A stretch of DNA of 64,000 bases from Auanema rhodensis (GCA_964057225.1 OZ059895.1:13392001-13456000); one strand, 5' to 3'; shown: positions 31,501-41,964, counted from the stretch's first letter. Numbers and translations: made by a program. Notes: generated by a model not told the origin, from the letters alone.

Positions 31501-34500
31501 CGTAGATTTGTTTTTGCGTTATTGCGTTGAGTGCTCGAAAATCAGTCACAAATCTGTACGTTTTATCCTTTTTCTTGACCAATATTACGGGACTGGTAGT
31601 CATAGAAAAAGATGGCTCAATTATTCCTTGTTCTAACATTTCCTCCACTTGTTTTTCTACTTCTTCTTGTTGTGATAGAGGTATTCTGTACGTGATCTTG
31701 AAAGATGGAACTTTTCCTTCGATGATCGGGATGCTATGTTCCACTGGTCCTTTGAAAAGTCCAATATTGCGATCCTCGTTTAAGAAAGCTTCCTTGTTTC
31801 TGAGCACTATTTTCTTTAACTGTTGTCTCTCTAGCTGAGTAAAGATGGTGTTTGTTACATCGAGGTCTTTTATAAAGTCCTGTGGGAAGTATGGTAGTTG
31901 ATCTTCCCATCTTGCTTCTGGTGGCACATATTGTCCTTTTTGCTCCTCCGTGTTTTTCGGGATAGCGTAAGCTGTTCCAATGCCTTGATTTGTCTGTACT
32001 ACAATTGTGTCTGGAGAGATATTTGTAGCAAATATCTGAACTCCATATCCCGTTGGGGTGAAAGTAGTAGGGGCGAAACTCATTTTTCCTGTCCGCTGTG
32101 AGCTTCTAATGAAAGCTTGTTCGTAAGAGGCGGGATCGTCTACTTCCAATGTAAGCGATCTGGTTTCTCCTGGGTAGAACTGTTTAGTTTCCAGGCTTAC
32201 GACGTGTGCTATCGTGTGGTTCTCAGTCCATGGCGCGTAGTCTTGTGCTAAAGGTACTATTGTGTCTCCAATTAGTAGTGAATTTTGTAGTGGTCGTAAA
32301 GATGTATTTATTCCTATTTTGTTGAGAGCTTCTATGAAGTCTATTCCTAATAATATTGGTGCTGGGCAGTGGTTGTTGGCAGAAATCAGTACTTTGTGCT
32401 CGATTTCTGTCTTCCCGATAATAATTGGGATTCTTGTGTAGCCCAGGAAAGAAAATCGTGATTTGTTTGCTACAATGGCTGTTGTCTTTTCCATAACCAT
32501 TGTTGCTGCCGGTAGTTGTTGAAATGTACTTTCCTTCATGTATGATATAGAAGCTCCTGTGTCCCATAAAGCAGTAAAGATCTGATTGTGAATGGAGAGA
32601 GGTACGAAAGGTAGTCGTGATCCTCCGATGTAGTTAATCCTTGATTCTTTCATAGCGTACCGTGGTAGATAGGCGAAAAAGTCATTATCTGATAGTGGGG
32701 CGTCAGGATCATATCGAGAGGTTCTTGTATATAATTTCTCTTGCTGAGAAGTGACTAGTGGTTTTAATTCGAATTGTTTGTCCTCTCCTCTTGGTTCTTC
32801 GTCTTGTTCGTTGAATGTGATTTGATTGATTGGTATCCTTGTGGTACATGCATATATTTTTAATGCCCAAATGGTAACAGTTATGAGTCCTATTGTGACG
32901 ATGATTGCTCCAATAATAGCTAGTGTCCTTAGTATCCATGCTGTAATTGATTCTCCTATGTATCCAAAGAAATTTGTGATTTGTTTCTCCGCGTTGTTTG
33001 ATATGTTATCTGCTATCATTAATGTCGTTCCAACTGTTCCTCCTATAATTCCTATTGGATTCAGATTGGATAGTCCAGAATGTTTGAAGACTGGTTTCAA
33101 TTTTCCTGGCATAGTTGCTTGTAAAGATGCTAGGCTAGAGCCGTAGGAAATAGCCAGTGCCATTGGAAATGTTGACTCCGTGAGGTTTGAAAATATGTTG
33201 GAATTGTTAAACTTAATGTGATCAATTTTTACAGATGTGAGTTCATCTGAAAATGAGAAGTTAGTCACATTCAATGTTGAATTATCTTTCATCCATTGAT
33301 TGTTTTCTCTGTAGGGATCTGATGTAGCCATATCGCATGCTATGATGTGGGCAAATGGTGTTAAATCTCTTGATCCTGGTGTGATGAAGAGTTTTCCGTG
33401 ATGTTCCGTGTCTACCGGTGTCTCCAGGTAACATTTATCGTCTCGTTTGTGATCCGAGTATACACGTGTTACTTGTACAGGGGTGCATGGCATGACGTAA
33501 ATAAGATGTTCTCCAACAAACTTTGCTGAAATATCCTGTCGACGAAGCATAGTGCGAATTCCTATAGTCGGATTAATCTGCAGGATTGCCCACCAGGTAA
33601 GTAGCTGCTTATTTTGCATTCTGCATACGTTTTTCTTTGTTATTTGGAAAGATTGTAAGATTTCCTCCTCTAGTTTTGACGTAGAGTATTGGAGGTGGGA
33701 CCTTGTATCTTGTTGGCGTAGTTGATCGTCGTATTTTTGAATGATATCTGCTCGTGTTCGTAGGAAATTGAGGTGTGCTTGTGATCCAGTGTGAGATTTG
33801 ATTTCCTCAATCGGTTGGGTCGTTGTTGCTCGCTTTGTAGTAGTCCGAGTTGTTGGAAGTGTCCTAGTAGATTCCCTGCGGGATGTGGTGGTGAGAGGAC
33901 GTGGTGGTGGAGTTACTGGAGTTGTTGTACTCTGGTAATAATAATATCTCCTTGGTGTAGTTGTAGGTTGAGGTGGAGACGTCCGATGAGTAGTAGTTGT
34001 CGGGGCAGTTGTTGTGGTAGTCGATGTAGTGGTTGTGGTGGTTGTAGTAGTGGTGGTTGTGGGGGTAGCACCAGGTGACTCAATGAGCTGAAGATATGCT
34101 TGTTGAAATAATTTGCTGTCTTCATCCGTGATAGGTCTGATTGTAGGTTGATTTTTGGGCAACCCATAATTTTGTGCGTGTCCGTTGAAGATGAGGGTAT
34201 AGTTGGGAAAGACGATTGCTGACGAATTTGCCTGTTTTGTGAGATCTGCCCATTTCTTATTTTCTGTCTCTCTTTGTTCTTTTGATATCCGAGTTAGACG
34301 ATTGTTTTGCTCTAGATAATTAAGAAACTCCTGTATTTGATCCATCTGGGTGTAGAACTGTGTGTCAGTGCGTGATCTAGGCAGTTTTGTCATCCTGGGT
34401 GGGTACAGTTGGTACAGATAGTCCTCCATTGATGGAATAGTCTCTCCTGTTGCCAGAGTGGTAGGTGTGTGAGCTATTTCAATTGCTATTTGTCTTGCTC

Positions 34501-37390
34501 GGTCGAGATAATCGCCTTCGTAGTTGAGTAGACGTGTGGCAAAGTCGCTGATAGTGATTTGCTTGCTGAGTTTTGCCGTGATCTCTGATGGCAGTAGGTG
34601 TTCGATGGCAATTTCCGTAGAAAGTCGAATCTCAGCTTCTGCAAGTGTGTGCAGGATAACCATGTTGATGTCAGTGTAGTTGTGCCATAAGAGTCGGTTC
34701 TTCAGTTTTGATGAATCTAGTTGTAGGAATTTGATGAAACCTATGTGTACGCTAGATGTCTTGAGATATTCCATAAGGTTATAAGCGTTGTCTAGTCTTT
34801 TCCTATTTCGATATGTCTGGTACATAGGTAGTATACCTGTAGAACTGTCTGTGAGGCGAAGTGATTTGTAGATAGTGATATTGAAGAATCTCGTAGGGTA
34901 TTCTTGGGGTGCCATCCTCTTTTGACGTCGGTGTGTTTTTAAGTCCTTGATGGAAATGTACGTACCACTATCAGTTGAGTAGATGCTTGTATTCATACAT
35001 CTTGTAGCTGTAGGGTCTGGCGTGTTGTTTTTGAGAATGAATGCTCCTTGTATTTCCGAGATTAATACAGTATCATTGTTGATTAGTGCTTCGAATTTCC
35101 CTAATGTCGTGTAGTCGCAATTTCGATGATCATTGGGTGGGATCCATGTGATAACTGCGTTGGTGGTGTTGCATACTCCTTGTTGCTTAGTACATCCTTC
35201 AGTGTTGATGAATAAGTCGGAGATTATAGTGTCATCGTGTAGGCTAGTCATCATTCCTCTTTCTAAGGTGAATCTTGACTTGGTTGTGCAAGAGGATGCC
35301 CAAAACGATTTTGATTGTGTACTAGATGGCATAGGGGCTTTGAATAGTCCTGGTGCTTCGCGATTGAGGTCGTTATCCATGTGTCGTCTTTCTTGAATGG
35401 CTGTTTGGCATTCTTGTGGAGTGGCTGGTTCTATTCGGAGTAATGTAACGTTATTTTCCCTGATGAAGAATAAGTCGTGGGCGCACGTTTTATAGATTTC
35501 CTTGGCGCATTTCCATGCTTCCCATTCCTTGTAATTCATATTTTCTGCGAATAGTTCCACTGTTTTTATCTCGACTCCGTCCTTGTGTGCATAGTCTGAG
35601 CAGGTGGTTGGGCGAGGTGGTTCGAGGAAAATACCTCCTCGTTTGCCAATGCAGAGTTGATAGGTGTTGTCTGCCTGGCAAGGTATCATAGATAGGGCGA
35701 TGACGGATAAGAATAGCGGTATGAACGGAAGTGTCTTCTTTGTTTTGATTGTTTCCTTTTCTACTTTGTTAACGTGAAAACGGACGCTGGGGCTTCTTGT
35801 GCGATCTCTGTGCCTGTTATGTGGTCCATATGAAGTGCTGCGATTTCGTTGTTGAAATCCGCGATCAGGACAGTTTCCGCGGTTGTATCGGTCGTTTCCT
35901 CTGTGCTCCTGTCGATCATTCCTTCTGCTATCATATCGATCGTTTCCTCTGCTGTTGTATCGATCATTGTATCTATCGTACCGTTGGGGGCTACGATAAT
36001 TGTTGTATCCTTGTTGATATCCATTGTTTCTGTTATCCTGTCTGAAGTTGTGACGGTTATTTTGTCGATCCTCTTGGTATCTTGGTGAGCGGTATCCTCC
36101 TCTTCTTTGATTCCATTGCTCTTGTGGTTGTTGTGGTCTTGATTGATTTCCATAGAATGTTCTTGATTGGTGTGTTTGTGATCCGTCATAGATTTTCTCC
36201 TGTTGTGATGCTCTCATGTGGTTTATGAGACCATTATTAATCTCTAGTTGTTCCACGTCTTTAATCAAGTTGTTGACCAAGAGCGAAGGATCCTCGTCAG
36301 CTTCCACAGTTTCGGCAATAGTCACGGCTGCATCAAAGGTGATAGGGCTGCGGTTATTGACATGTGTTCTTAAAGTCTTTCGTAGTCCTCCTAAGAATGA
36401 AACTCGTAGTATTCTTTCGTCGGCTGTCGAGTCCATGTTGCATGATTCGTAGGCAAGGTTTCTGCAGCGTTGAGCGAAATTTTGTACCGTTTCGTGCTCT
36501 CCTTGTTTCAAATGAGTGAGTTTTGTGAATGCTGCATCTCTCTTTTCTGGAGGTTGTAGTTTCTCCGATAGTATGCGTTTGACGTGGTTCCATCCCTGGC
36601 GTAAGTCTTCTGCTGGTATAGTTCGAAGAGCTTCAGCGGCTCTATCCGTTCCGAGAAGTAGATAGAGATGGGAAAGTCTCTCGGCAATAGGGACTTGAAG
36701 GGCATCGAAATATCCTTCTAGTCTTTGCATGTAGAGGTTGAATGGAACCGATCCATCATAAAGCGTAGGTTTGTGATGGCGAATAGAAACGTTGTGGGCT
36801 CTTGCAATAGGAGAGTTGTCTTGCTCCATCTGCTCTGCCATTTGAGGGCGACTTCTCTGCTCTGTAACATTCGAAGTCAAATTTACGTTATTGTCTGACG
36901 AAGAAGAGACAGGAGACAGAGAGTGCCCGTGCAAAGATTGATCAGTGGAAGAGGGAGAGTTTCTAGGAATAGGAGAGGTGAGGATTTCCGCATTTGCGGT
37001 TTGAACAAGGCGTTGAGGAGAAGTGTGATTTGGAGGACAAGTGTTAGTGCCGGTATTAACAACTGTTTTTGGAGAGTGAGAAGAGCGTTTGGGCGTAGAT
37101 TTACTGGATGATGTTTTATTCTTATTCAAGCTAATTGCATGCCTAGTAGTTTTAATAGCAGTAGTATAAAGTTTCTTAGCAGTTAGCGGTGTACCCGGAA
37201 TAGGGGGTAATTTCTTTGATTTCGCGTTCGTTTTCGGATATTTCGCATCTGGTCGGAATGCATCCGGTGGTCCTCTTTTTCTTTGGTTTCTATGCAGTGC
37301 TGCTTCCATTGTCTGAGTTTTCTCTGCGCTATTCGTAGCATTTTGGGCAATATTTCCCGGCGGAGGGTTTTGATTCGCTGCGTCAGCCAT
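28550..37390 (-). CDS. Gag-Env(gB-like)-PR-RT-RNaseH-IN polyprotein (2946 aa)
   Basis: Gag (YDGS, LKQGEHETVQNFA, FLGGL); signal peptide ~35672-35734; furin RRQKR 34916-34930; Thr-rich stalk; TM 32861-32923; LWDTGA; YLDD 31244-31255; RNase H; HHCC/DDE integrase with GPY. Confidence 0.96.
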   Translation of the reverse strand: MADAANQNPPPGNIAQNATNSAEKTQTMEAALHRNQRKRGPPDAFRPDAKYPKTNAKSKKLPPIPGTPLTAKKLYTTAIKTTRHAISLNKNKTSSSKSTPKRSSHSPKTVVNTGTNTCPPNHTSPQRLVQTANAEILTSPIPRNSPSSTDQSLHGHSLSPVSSSSDNNVNLTSNVTEQRSRPQMAEQMEQDNSPIARAHNVSIRHHKPTLYDGSVPFNLYMQRLEGYFDALQVPIAERLSHLYLLLGTDRAAEALRTIPAEDLRQGWNHVKRILSEKLQPPEKRDAAFTKLTHLKQGEHETVQNFAQRCRNLAYESCNMDSTADERILRVSFLGGLRKTLRTHVNNRSPITFDAAVTIAETVEADEDPSLLVNNLIKDVEQLEINNGLINHMRASQQEKIYDGSQTHQSRTFYGNQSRPQQPQEQWNQRRGGYRSPRYQEDRQNNRHNFRQDNRNNGYQQGYNNYRSPQRYDRYNDRYNSRGNDRYDSRRNDRQEHRGNDRYNRGNCPDRGFQQRNRSTSYGPHNRHRDRTRSPSVRFHVNKVEKETIKTKKTLPFIPLFLSVIALSMIPCQADNTYQLCIGKRGGIFLEPPRPTTCSDYAHKDGVEIKTVELFAENMNYKEWEAWKCAKEIYKTCAHDLFFIRENNVTLLRIEPATPQECQTAIQERRHMDNDLNREAPGLFKAPMPSSTQSKSFWASSCTTKSRFTLERGMMTSLHDDTIISDLFINTEGCTKQQGVCNTTNAVITWIPPNDHRNCDYTTLGKFEALINNDTVLISEIQGAFILKNNTPDPTATRCMNTSIYSTDSGTYISIKDLKTHRRQKRMAPQEYPTRFFNITIYKSLRLTDSSTGILPMYQTYRNRKRLDNAYNLMEYLKTSSVHIGFIKFLQLDSSKLKNRLLWHNYTDINMVILHTLAEAEIRLSTEIAIEHLLPSEITAKLSKQITISDFATRLLNYEGDYLDRARQIAIEIAHTPTTLATGETIPSMEDYLYQLYPPRMTKLPRSRTDTQFYTQMDQIQEFLNYLEQNNRLTRISKEQRETENKKWADLTKQANSSAIVFPNYTLIFNGHAQNYGLPKNQPTIRPITDEDSKLFQQAYLQLIESPGATPTTTTTTTTTTTTSTTTTTAPTTTTHRTSPPQPTTTPRRYYYYQSTTTPVTPPPRPLTTTSRRESTRTLPTTRTTTKRATTTQPIEEIKSHTGSQAHLNFLRTRADIIQKYDDQLRQQDTRSHLQYSTSKLEEEILQSFQITKKNVCRMQNKQLLTWWAILQINPTIGIRTMLRRQDISAKFVGEHLIYVMPCTPVQVTRVYSDHKRDDKCYLETPVDTEHHGKLFITPGSRDLTPFAHIIACDMATSDPYRENNQWMKDNSTLNVTNFSFSDELTSVKIDHIKFNNSNIFSNLTESTFPMALAISYGSSLASLQATMPGKLKPVFKHSGLSNLNPIGIIGGTVGTTLMIADNISNNAEKQITNFFGYIGESITAWILRTLAIIGAIIVTIGLITVTIWALKIYACTTRIPINQITFNEQDEEPRGEDKQFELKPLVTSQQEKLYTRTSRYDPDAPLSDNDFFAYLPRYAMKESRINYIGGSRLPFVPLSIHNQIFTALWDTGASISYMKESTFQQLPAATMVMEKTTAIVANKSRFSFLGYTRIPIIIGKTEIEHKVLISANNHCPAPILLGIDFIEALNKIGINTSLRPLQNSLLIGDTIVPLAQDYAPWTENHTIAHVVSLETKQFYPGETRSLTLEVDDPASYEQAFIRSSQRTGKMSFAPTTFTPTGYGVQIFATNISPDTIVVQTNQGIGTAYAIPKNTEEQKGQYVPPEARWEDQLPYFPQDFIKDLDVTNTIFTQLERQQLKKIVLRNKEAFLNEDRNIGLFKGPVEHSIPIIEGKVPSFKITYRIPLSQQEEVEKQVEEMLEQGIIEPSFSMTTSPVILVKKKDKTYRFVTDFRALNAITQKQIYVISNIQDILDLAAGARIFSNFDLVSGFFQIPLRSEDRHLTAFTTTSGTYQYCRMPMGLCGAPHTFQNAVRYLQQHVRCKLFVYLDDLLLISESTTKHLQDIDEVLNASAELGLKIKLKKCTFGQQEVKFLGFIVGHEGIKPDPQKVKAIQDYPRPKSITGVRAFMGVVNYFRRFIRNAAGIASPLYELTKKDTAFKWGDAEEQAFQQLKQILCQAPVLQAPIAKRPYVIESDGSIIAVGAVLLQAKDDKEPLHPIAFASRKLNKAERNYPPIEIEALALTFAVHQFRTYILGTPIRIITDHRPLTSLMTRKDLIGRLAKFQIVLQEYDIEIVYRPGRLNSVCDALSRYFEDEVNEAKERKKKPKETPTHKISTISTITDLRTIQGNTEWIMETKEKIRNKTAGRQLMDRYIVVNDALYAKPKTALQTPRAILPNDPAITIPIIEKFHKDPILGAHLGINKTQDSILRRYTWTGIQDDITRYVNRCLDCAKRKNNPHEATVEPMRNFPTVTHPWERVHMDILGPLPRTAKDNRYILSIQDAFSKWIIAIPLIRQTSEEIVSAIMTHLFYVFGPPKKIITDNGSNFVSHEFKSMCDNLGSEHHTTMPYYKNANGQVERLHRTLEEALTSYVNDDQDNWDIILPKIVFTMNRLPNATTRTPPYDCLFGQTARLPIDKDLETPGATIKNAPDLHEKIHERIELNNERMKKKYDENHRTQEREIFVENRALVKRAKPANKLQTTSDGPYIIKEIKGNNVILADSEGNTIIAHKNNIRYFPPDDNNVEESEHNRNDSAPAIYSDGSQQDTENTRAKNSTPTATSISDSESDNEDEFYEQSRPSITPQETRAPQEITRETQQDNYQPETGPNTADKSATDKDENNLFQQLVDKIGEETRQELYEERRKEIPTTKRWSSALKLALGIEDKNPITAPKPFHVPIRYNSVIPTLESKNRLTRSQIPDAHFNSPKTPVVRKKRPSTVIGATTTI

Positions 37391-38495
37391 CTTTGTTGGT
37401 TTCCTGGAAGGAAATTATTAACCAACGAAGACTGAGCTTATATTATACAAAACGTAAGAGACAATATGGGGTTGGTATGCGCGACTCCTGTTCCTGTCAG
37501 GGGGCCAGCCTGCAGCGGGTCTCTAGTCGGAGAATAGCCTGGTCAGGTTCATACACGAGTCCGCAACTACGTGTGACCTTTAGCAAAGGACCAAGTTCTT
37601 ATCTCTCGAAGAGGCATGAGATATGAGACAGTGGTTTGTGTATTGCTCCTTTTCAGTCATGGACAAGATCAGGTACACAGGCTTCTCATACTCACTTTTC
37701 CAGACTTCTCTTACCTAAGCAAACCCCCAAAAGACGTTCCCTTTTAACGTTACTTCTGTTCCCCTGGGTCTTGCTAGGTGGGACCACTCAACTTCAAAAT
37801 ATTCTTTAATTCTCATATGGGACCAAAAAGGGTTAATTTCAAATGATTGCGCGTCTTATATCAAAAAGTGTACGCCTCCGCGCGATGTCCCGAGAATGTC
37901 TGGTATTGTTTCTTACGGGGCTTTCTCATAAAAATGCGTTAGATATCAAGAATAGTGGTTTTGTTTATGAATCAATGTTTTCAGAATGATTTATGAATAG
38001 ATTTTCAAAATTAGCTTGTGAAAAGAAGTTTTCAAGATGACTTATGGGTAAGTGTTGCAATATGAATAAATGTCTTTAAGATATTTCATGAATTGATAGT
38101 TTTTAATATTATTCGTGGTTAAATATTTTAATATGCTTGTTCCAAAAAGAGTTTTTATGCATTATATGCTTTTAACATACAGGAAAGTAGAGGAATAAAG
38201 TAGGAATATAGATTGTAATAGATAATATGTATAAGACATTTTTTTTCAAATAGATATATCAGAAATGATGTTAGAAGAATGATATTTAGAGATAAATTCG
38301 AATTACTAGATTAAATTGAAGTTTTTGTTTTAGATACAAAATTGACTTGAAAGTTTGAAATATAAAATTAAATTAGAATTTTGGATATGAAATCAAGATA
38401 AATTTTTAGAGTAAAAAGGATTTCAAAGAAAGAGAAAGTAATTTAAAGGTGAGAAAAGTAGCGGCAATGGTCCATAGAGATTCGTCCCTTATAGA

Positions 38496-38516
38496 CGAAT
38501 CTCGGTGGAACCTCCA
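38496..38516 (-). other. PBS (tRNA-Gln) of A2
   Basis: TGGAGGTTCCACCGAGATTCG adjacent to the 5' LTR. Confidence 0.88.
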
Positions 38517-38855
38517 CGTTCCATATTGGTTCCTAGGGTTCCGGCTAGGTAACCATATGGACTTTAATAGTGTGAATGCCATTGTAAAAGTAACAGAGAG
38601 TAGAGAAAAAGAAGTTTATTCAGAATATGGAAATACAATTATAAAAGCAAAATACAATAATCAAATAAATGAAACTACATGTTATGAGAAAGCCAACCTA
38701 GTTGCTTTCTCAGGGGTTTATATAGCAAAATATTAATTACAAATATAATTGAATTTATACAAAAAGTAGTTCAGGTCTAGTTTCTTATTGAATTCTATTA
38801 ACCAAAAGTCGGTTGACGTTGTCAACCGCCTTCTTTATAAGACACGTATGGAACA
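38517..38855 (-). repeat. Family A 5' LTR (A2)
   Basis: Direct repeat of 27139-27477. Confidence 0.95.
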
Positions 38856-39201
38856 GTTAGTTATGTAATTTTCTACGTTACATCTAAATTCCTCGATGAT
38901 ATCAAATCTTATGAGCACCAAATACAATAAATTAAAAAAGGTTTCACAGTTGTATAGTGTTAAAACAATGTTTGTTTCAATAGGAAATAGATAGAAACAG
39001 TAAAGTTAAGATGAAGGTTCATAAACTACTGGTTTATAACTGTAATATAGAAATAAGATTGAAGATATTTTGATGCCTTGGGTTGAGCTATCTAAGTAAA
39101 ACTGCTAGAAAATTAAAAACATTTGTTACGGAAGAGATAAAATTGAAAATCAGCTGCACGGCGTACTTTCAACGTGGTATGATCGTTAAAAAAATTTGAA
39201 A

Positions 39202-39320
39202 AGCTTACGGCACCCGGGATTCCCAAGCCGTCTCCGATCCAAGTACTAACCGGGCCCAACGTTGCTTGACTTGCCAGATCGGACGGGATGGCGTACTTTC
39301 AACGTGGTATGGTCGTAAGC
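39202..39320 (-). rRNA. 5S rRNA
   Basis: Array copy. Confidence 0.95.
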
Positions 39321-39729
39321 GAAAATATCTGATATTCAATGATTTACATACTTATCCTCGTTATTGTTTTTTTTCTAATTTCATGTTAGTTATGTAATTT
39401 TCTACGTTACATCTAAATTCCTCGATGATATCAAATCTTATGAGCTCCAAATACAATAAATTAAAAAGGTTTCACAGTTGTATAGTGTTAAAACAATGTT
39501 TGTTTCAATAGGAAATAGATAGAAACAGTAAAGTTAAGATGAAGGTTCATAAACTACTGGTTTATAACTGTAATATAGAAATAAGATTGAAGATATTTTG
39601 ATGCCTTGGGTTGAGCTATCTAAGTAAAACTGCTAGAAAATTAAAAACATTTGTTACGGAAGAGATAAAATTGAAAATCAGCTGCACGGCGTACTTTCAA
39701 CGTGGTATGATCGTTAAAAAAATTTGAAA

Positions 39730-39848
39730 AGCTTACGGCACCCGGGATTCCCAAGCCGTCTCCGATCCAAGTACTAACCGGGCCCAACGTTGCTTGACTT
39801 GCCAGATCGGACGGGATGGCGTACTTTCAACGTGGTATGGTCGTAAGC
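39730..39848 (-). rRNA. 5S rRNA
   Basis: Array copy. Confidence 0.95.
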
Positions 39849-40258
39849 GAAAATATCTGATATTCAATGATTTACATACTTATCCTCGTTATTGTTTTTT
39901 TTCCAATTTCATGTTAGTTATGTAATTTTCTACGTTACATCTAAATTCCTCGATGATATCAAATCTTATGAGCTCCAAATACAATAAATTAAAAAAGGTT
40001 TCACAGTTGTATAGTGTTAAAACAATGTTTGTTTCAATAGGAAATAGATAGAAACAGTAAAGTTAAGATGAAGGTTCATAAACTACTGGTTTATAACTGT
40101 AATATAGAAATAAGATTGAAGATATTTTGATGCCTTGGGTTGAGCTATCTAAGTAAAACTGCTAGAAAATTAAAAACATTTGTTACGGAAGAGATAAAAT
40201 TGAAAATCAGCTGCATTGCGTACTTTCAACGTGGTATGATCGTTAAAAAAAATTGAAA

Positions 40259-40377
40259 AGCTTACGGCACCCGGGATTCCCAAGCCGTCTCCGATCCAAG
40301 TACTAACCGGGCCCAACGTTGCTTGACTTGCCAGATCGGACGGGATGGCGTACTTTCAACGTGGTATGGTCGTAAGC
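40259..40377 (-). rRNA. 5S rRNA
   Basis: Array copy. Confidence 0.95.
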
Positions 40378-40787
40378 GAAAATACCTGATATTCAATGAT
40401 TTACATACTTATCCTCGTTATTGTTTTTTTTCCAATTTCATGTTAGTTATGTAATTTTCTACGTTACATCTAAATTCCTCGATGATATCAAATCTTATGA
40501 GCTCCAAATACAATAAATTAAAAAAGGTTTCACAGTTGTATAGTGTTAAAACAATGTTTGTTTCAATAGGAAATAGATAGAAACAGTAAAGTTAAGATGA
40601 AGGTTCATAAACTACTGGTTTATAACTGTAATATAGAAATAAGATTGAAGATATTTTGATGCCTTGGGTTGAGCTATCTGAGTAAAACTGCTAGAAAATT
40701 AAAAACATTTGTTACGGAAGAGATAAAATTGAAAATCAGCTGCATTGCGTACTTTCAACGTGGTATGATCGTTAAAAAAAATTGAAA

Positions 40788-40906
40788 AGCTTACGGCACC
40801 CGGGATTCCCAAGCCGTCTCCGATCCAAGTACTAACCGGGCCCAACGTTGCTTGACTTGCCAGATCGGACGGGATGGCGTACTTTCAACGTGGTATGGTC
40901 GTAAGC
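40788..40906 (-). rRNA. 5S rRNA
   Basis: Array copy. Confidence 0.95.
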
Positions 40907-41316
40907 GAAAATACCTGATATTCAATGATTTACATACTTATCCTCGTTATTGTTTTTTTTCCAATTTCATGTTAGTTATGTAATTTTCTACGTTACATCT
41001 AAATTCCTCGATGATATCAAATCTTATGAGCTCCAAATACAATAAATTAAAAAAGGTTTCACAGTTGTATAGTGTTAAAACAATGTTTGTTTCAATAGGA
41101 AATAGATAGAAACAGTAAAGTTAAGATGAAGGTTCATAAACTACTGGTTTATAACTGTAATATAGAAATAAGATTGAAGATATTTTGATGCCTCGGGTTG
41201 AGCTATCTAAGTAAAACTGCTAGAAAATTAAAAACATTTGTTACGGAAGAGATAAAATTGAAAATCAGCTGCATTGCGTACTTTCAACGTGGTATGATCG
41301 TTAAAAAAAATTGAAA

Positions 41317-41435
41317 AGCTTACGGCACCCGGGATTCCCAAGCCGTCTCCGATCCAAGTACTAACCGGGCCCAACGTTGCTTGACTTGCCAGATCGGACA
41401 GGATGGCGTACTTTCAACGTGGTATGGTCGTAAGC
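41317..41435 (-). rRNA. 5S rRNA
   Basis: Array copy (1 SNP). Confidence 0.95.
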
Positions 41436-41845
41436 GAAAATACCTGATATTCAATGATTTACATACTTATCCTCGTTATTGTTTTTTTTCCAATTTCATG
41501 TTAGTTATGTAATTTTCTACGTTACATCTAAATTCCTCGATGATATCAAATCTTATGAGCACCAAATACAATAAATTAAAAAAGGTTTCACAGTTGTATA
41601 GTGTTAAAACAATGTTTGTTTCAATAGGAAATAGATAGAAACAGTAAAGTTAAGATGAAGGTTCATAAACTACTGGTTTATAACTGTAATATAGAAATAA
41701 GATTGAAGATATTTTGATGCCTTGGGTTGAGCTATCTAAGTAAAACTGCTAGAAAATTAAAAACATTTGTTACGGAAGAGATAAAATTGAAAATCAGCTG
41801 CACGGCGTACTTTCAACGTGGTATGATCGTTAAAAAAATTTGAAA

Positions 41846-41964
41846 AGCTTACGGCACCCGGGATTCCCAAGCCGTCTCCGATCCAAGTACTAACCGGGCC
41901 CAACGTTGCTTGACTTGCCAGATCGGACGGGATGGCGTACTTTCAACGTGGTATGGTCGTAAGC
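41846..41964 (-). rRNA. 5S rRNA
   Basis: Array copy. Confidence 0.95.

Larger units (their letters stand above)
27139..38855 (-). mobile_element. Family A env-bearing Ty3/gypsy LTR retroelement, intact copy A2 (11717 bp), 4-bp TSD GTTA
   Basis: 339-bp LTRs that look identical, PBS 38496-38516, intact 2946-aa ORF plus 211-aa ORF2; flanks CAT[GTTA]|element|[GTTA]GTTATG. Confidence 0.97.

Noticed and set aside
28550-37390. Classification as BEL/Pao (Cer7/Cer13/Tas-like)
   Set aside because: RT motifs (SPVILVKKKD, DFRALN, MPMGL, YLDD), RNase H, GPY integrase, lack of triple zinc knuckles and 4-bp TSDs fit Ty3/gypsy
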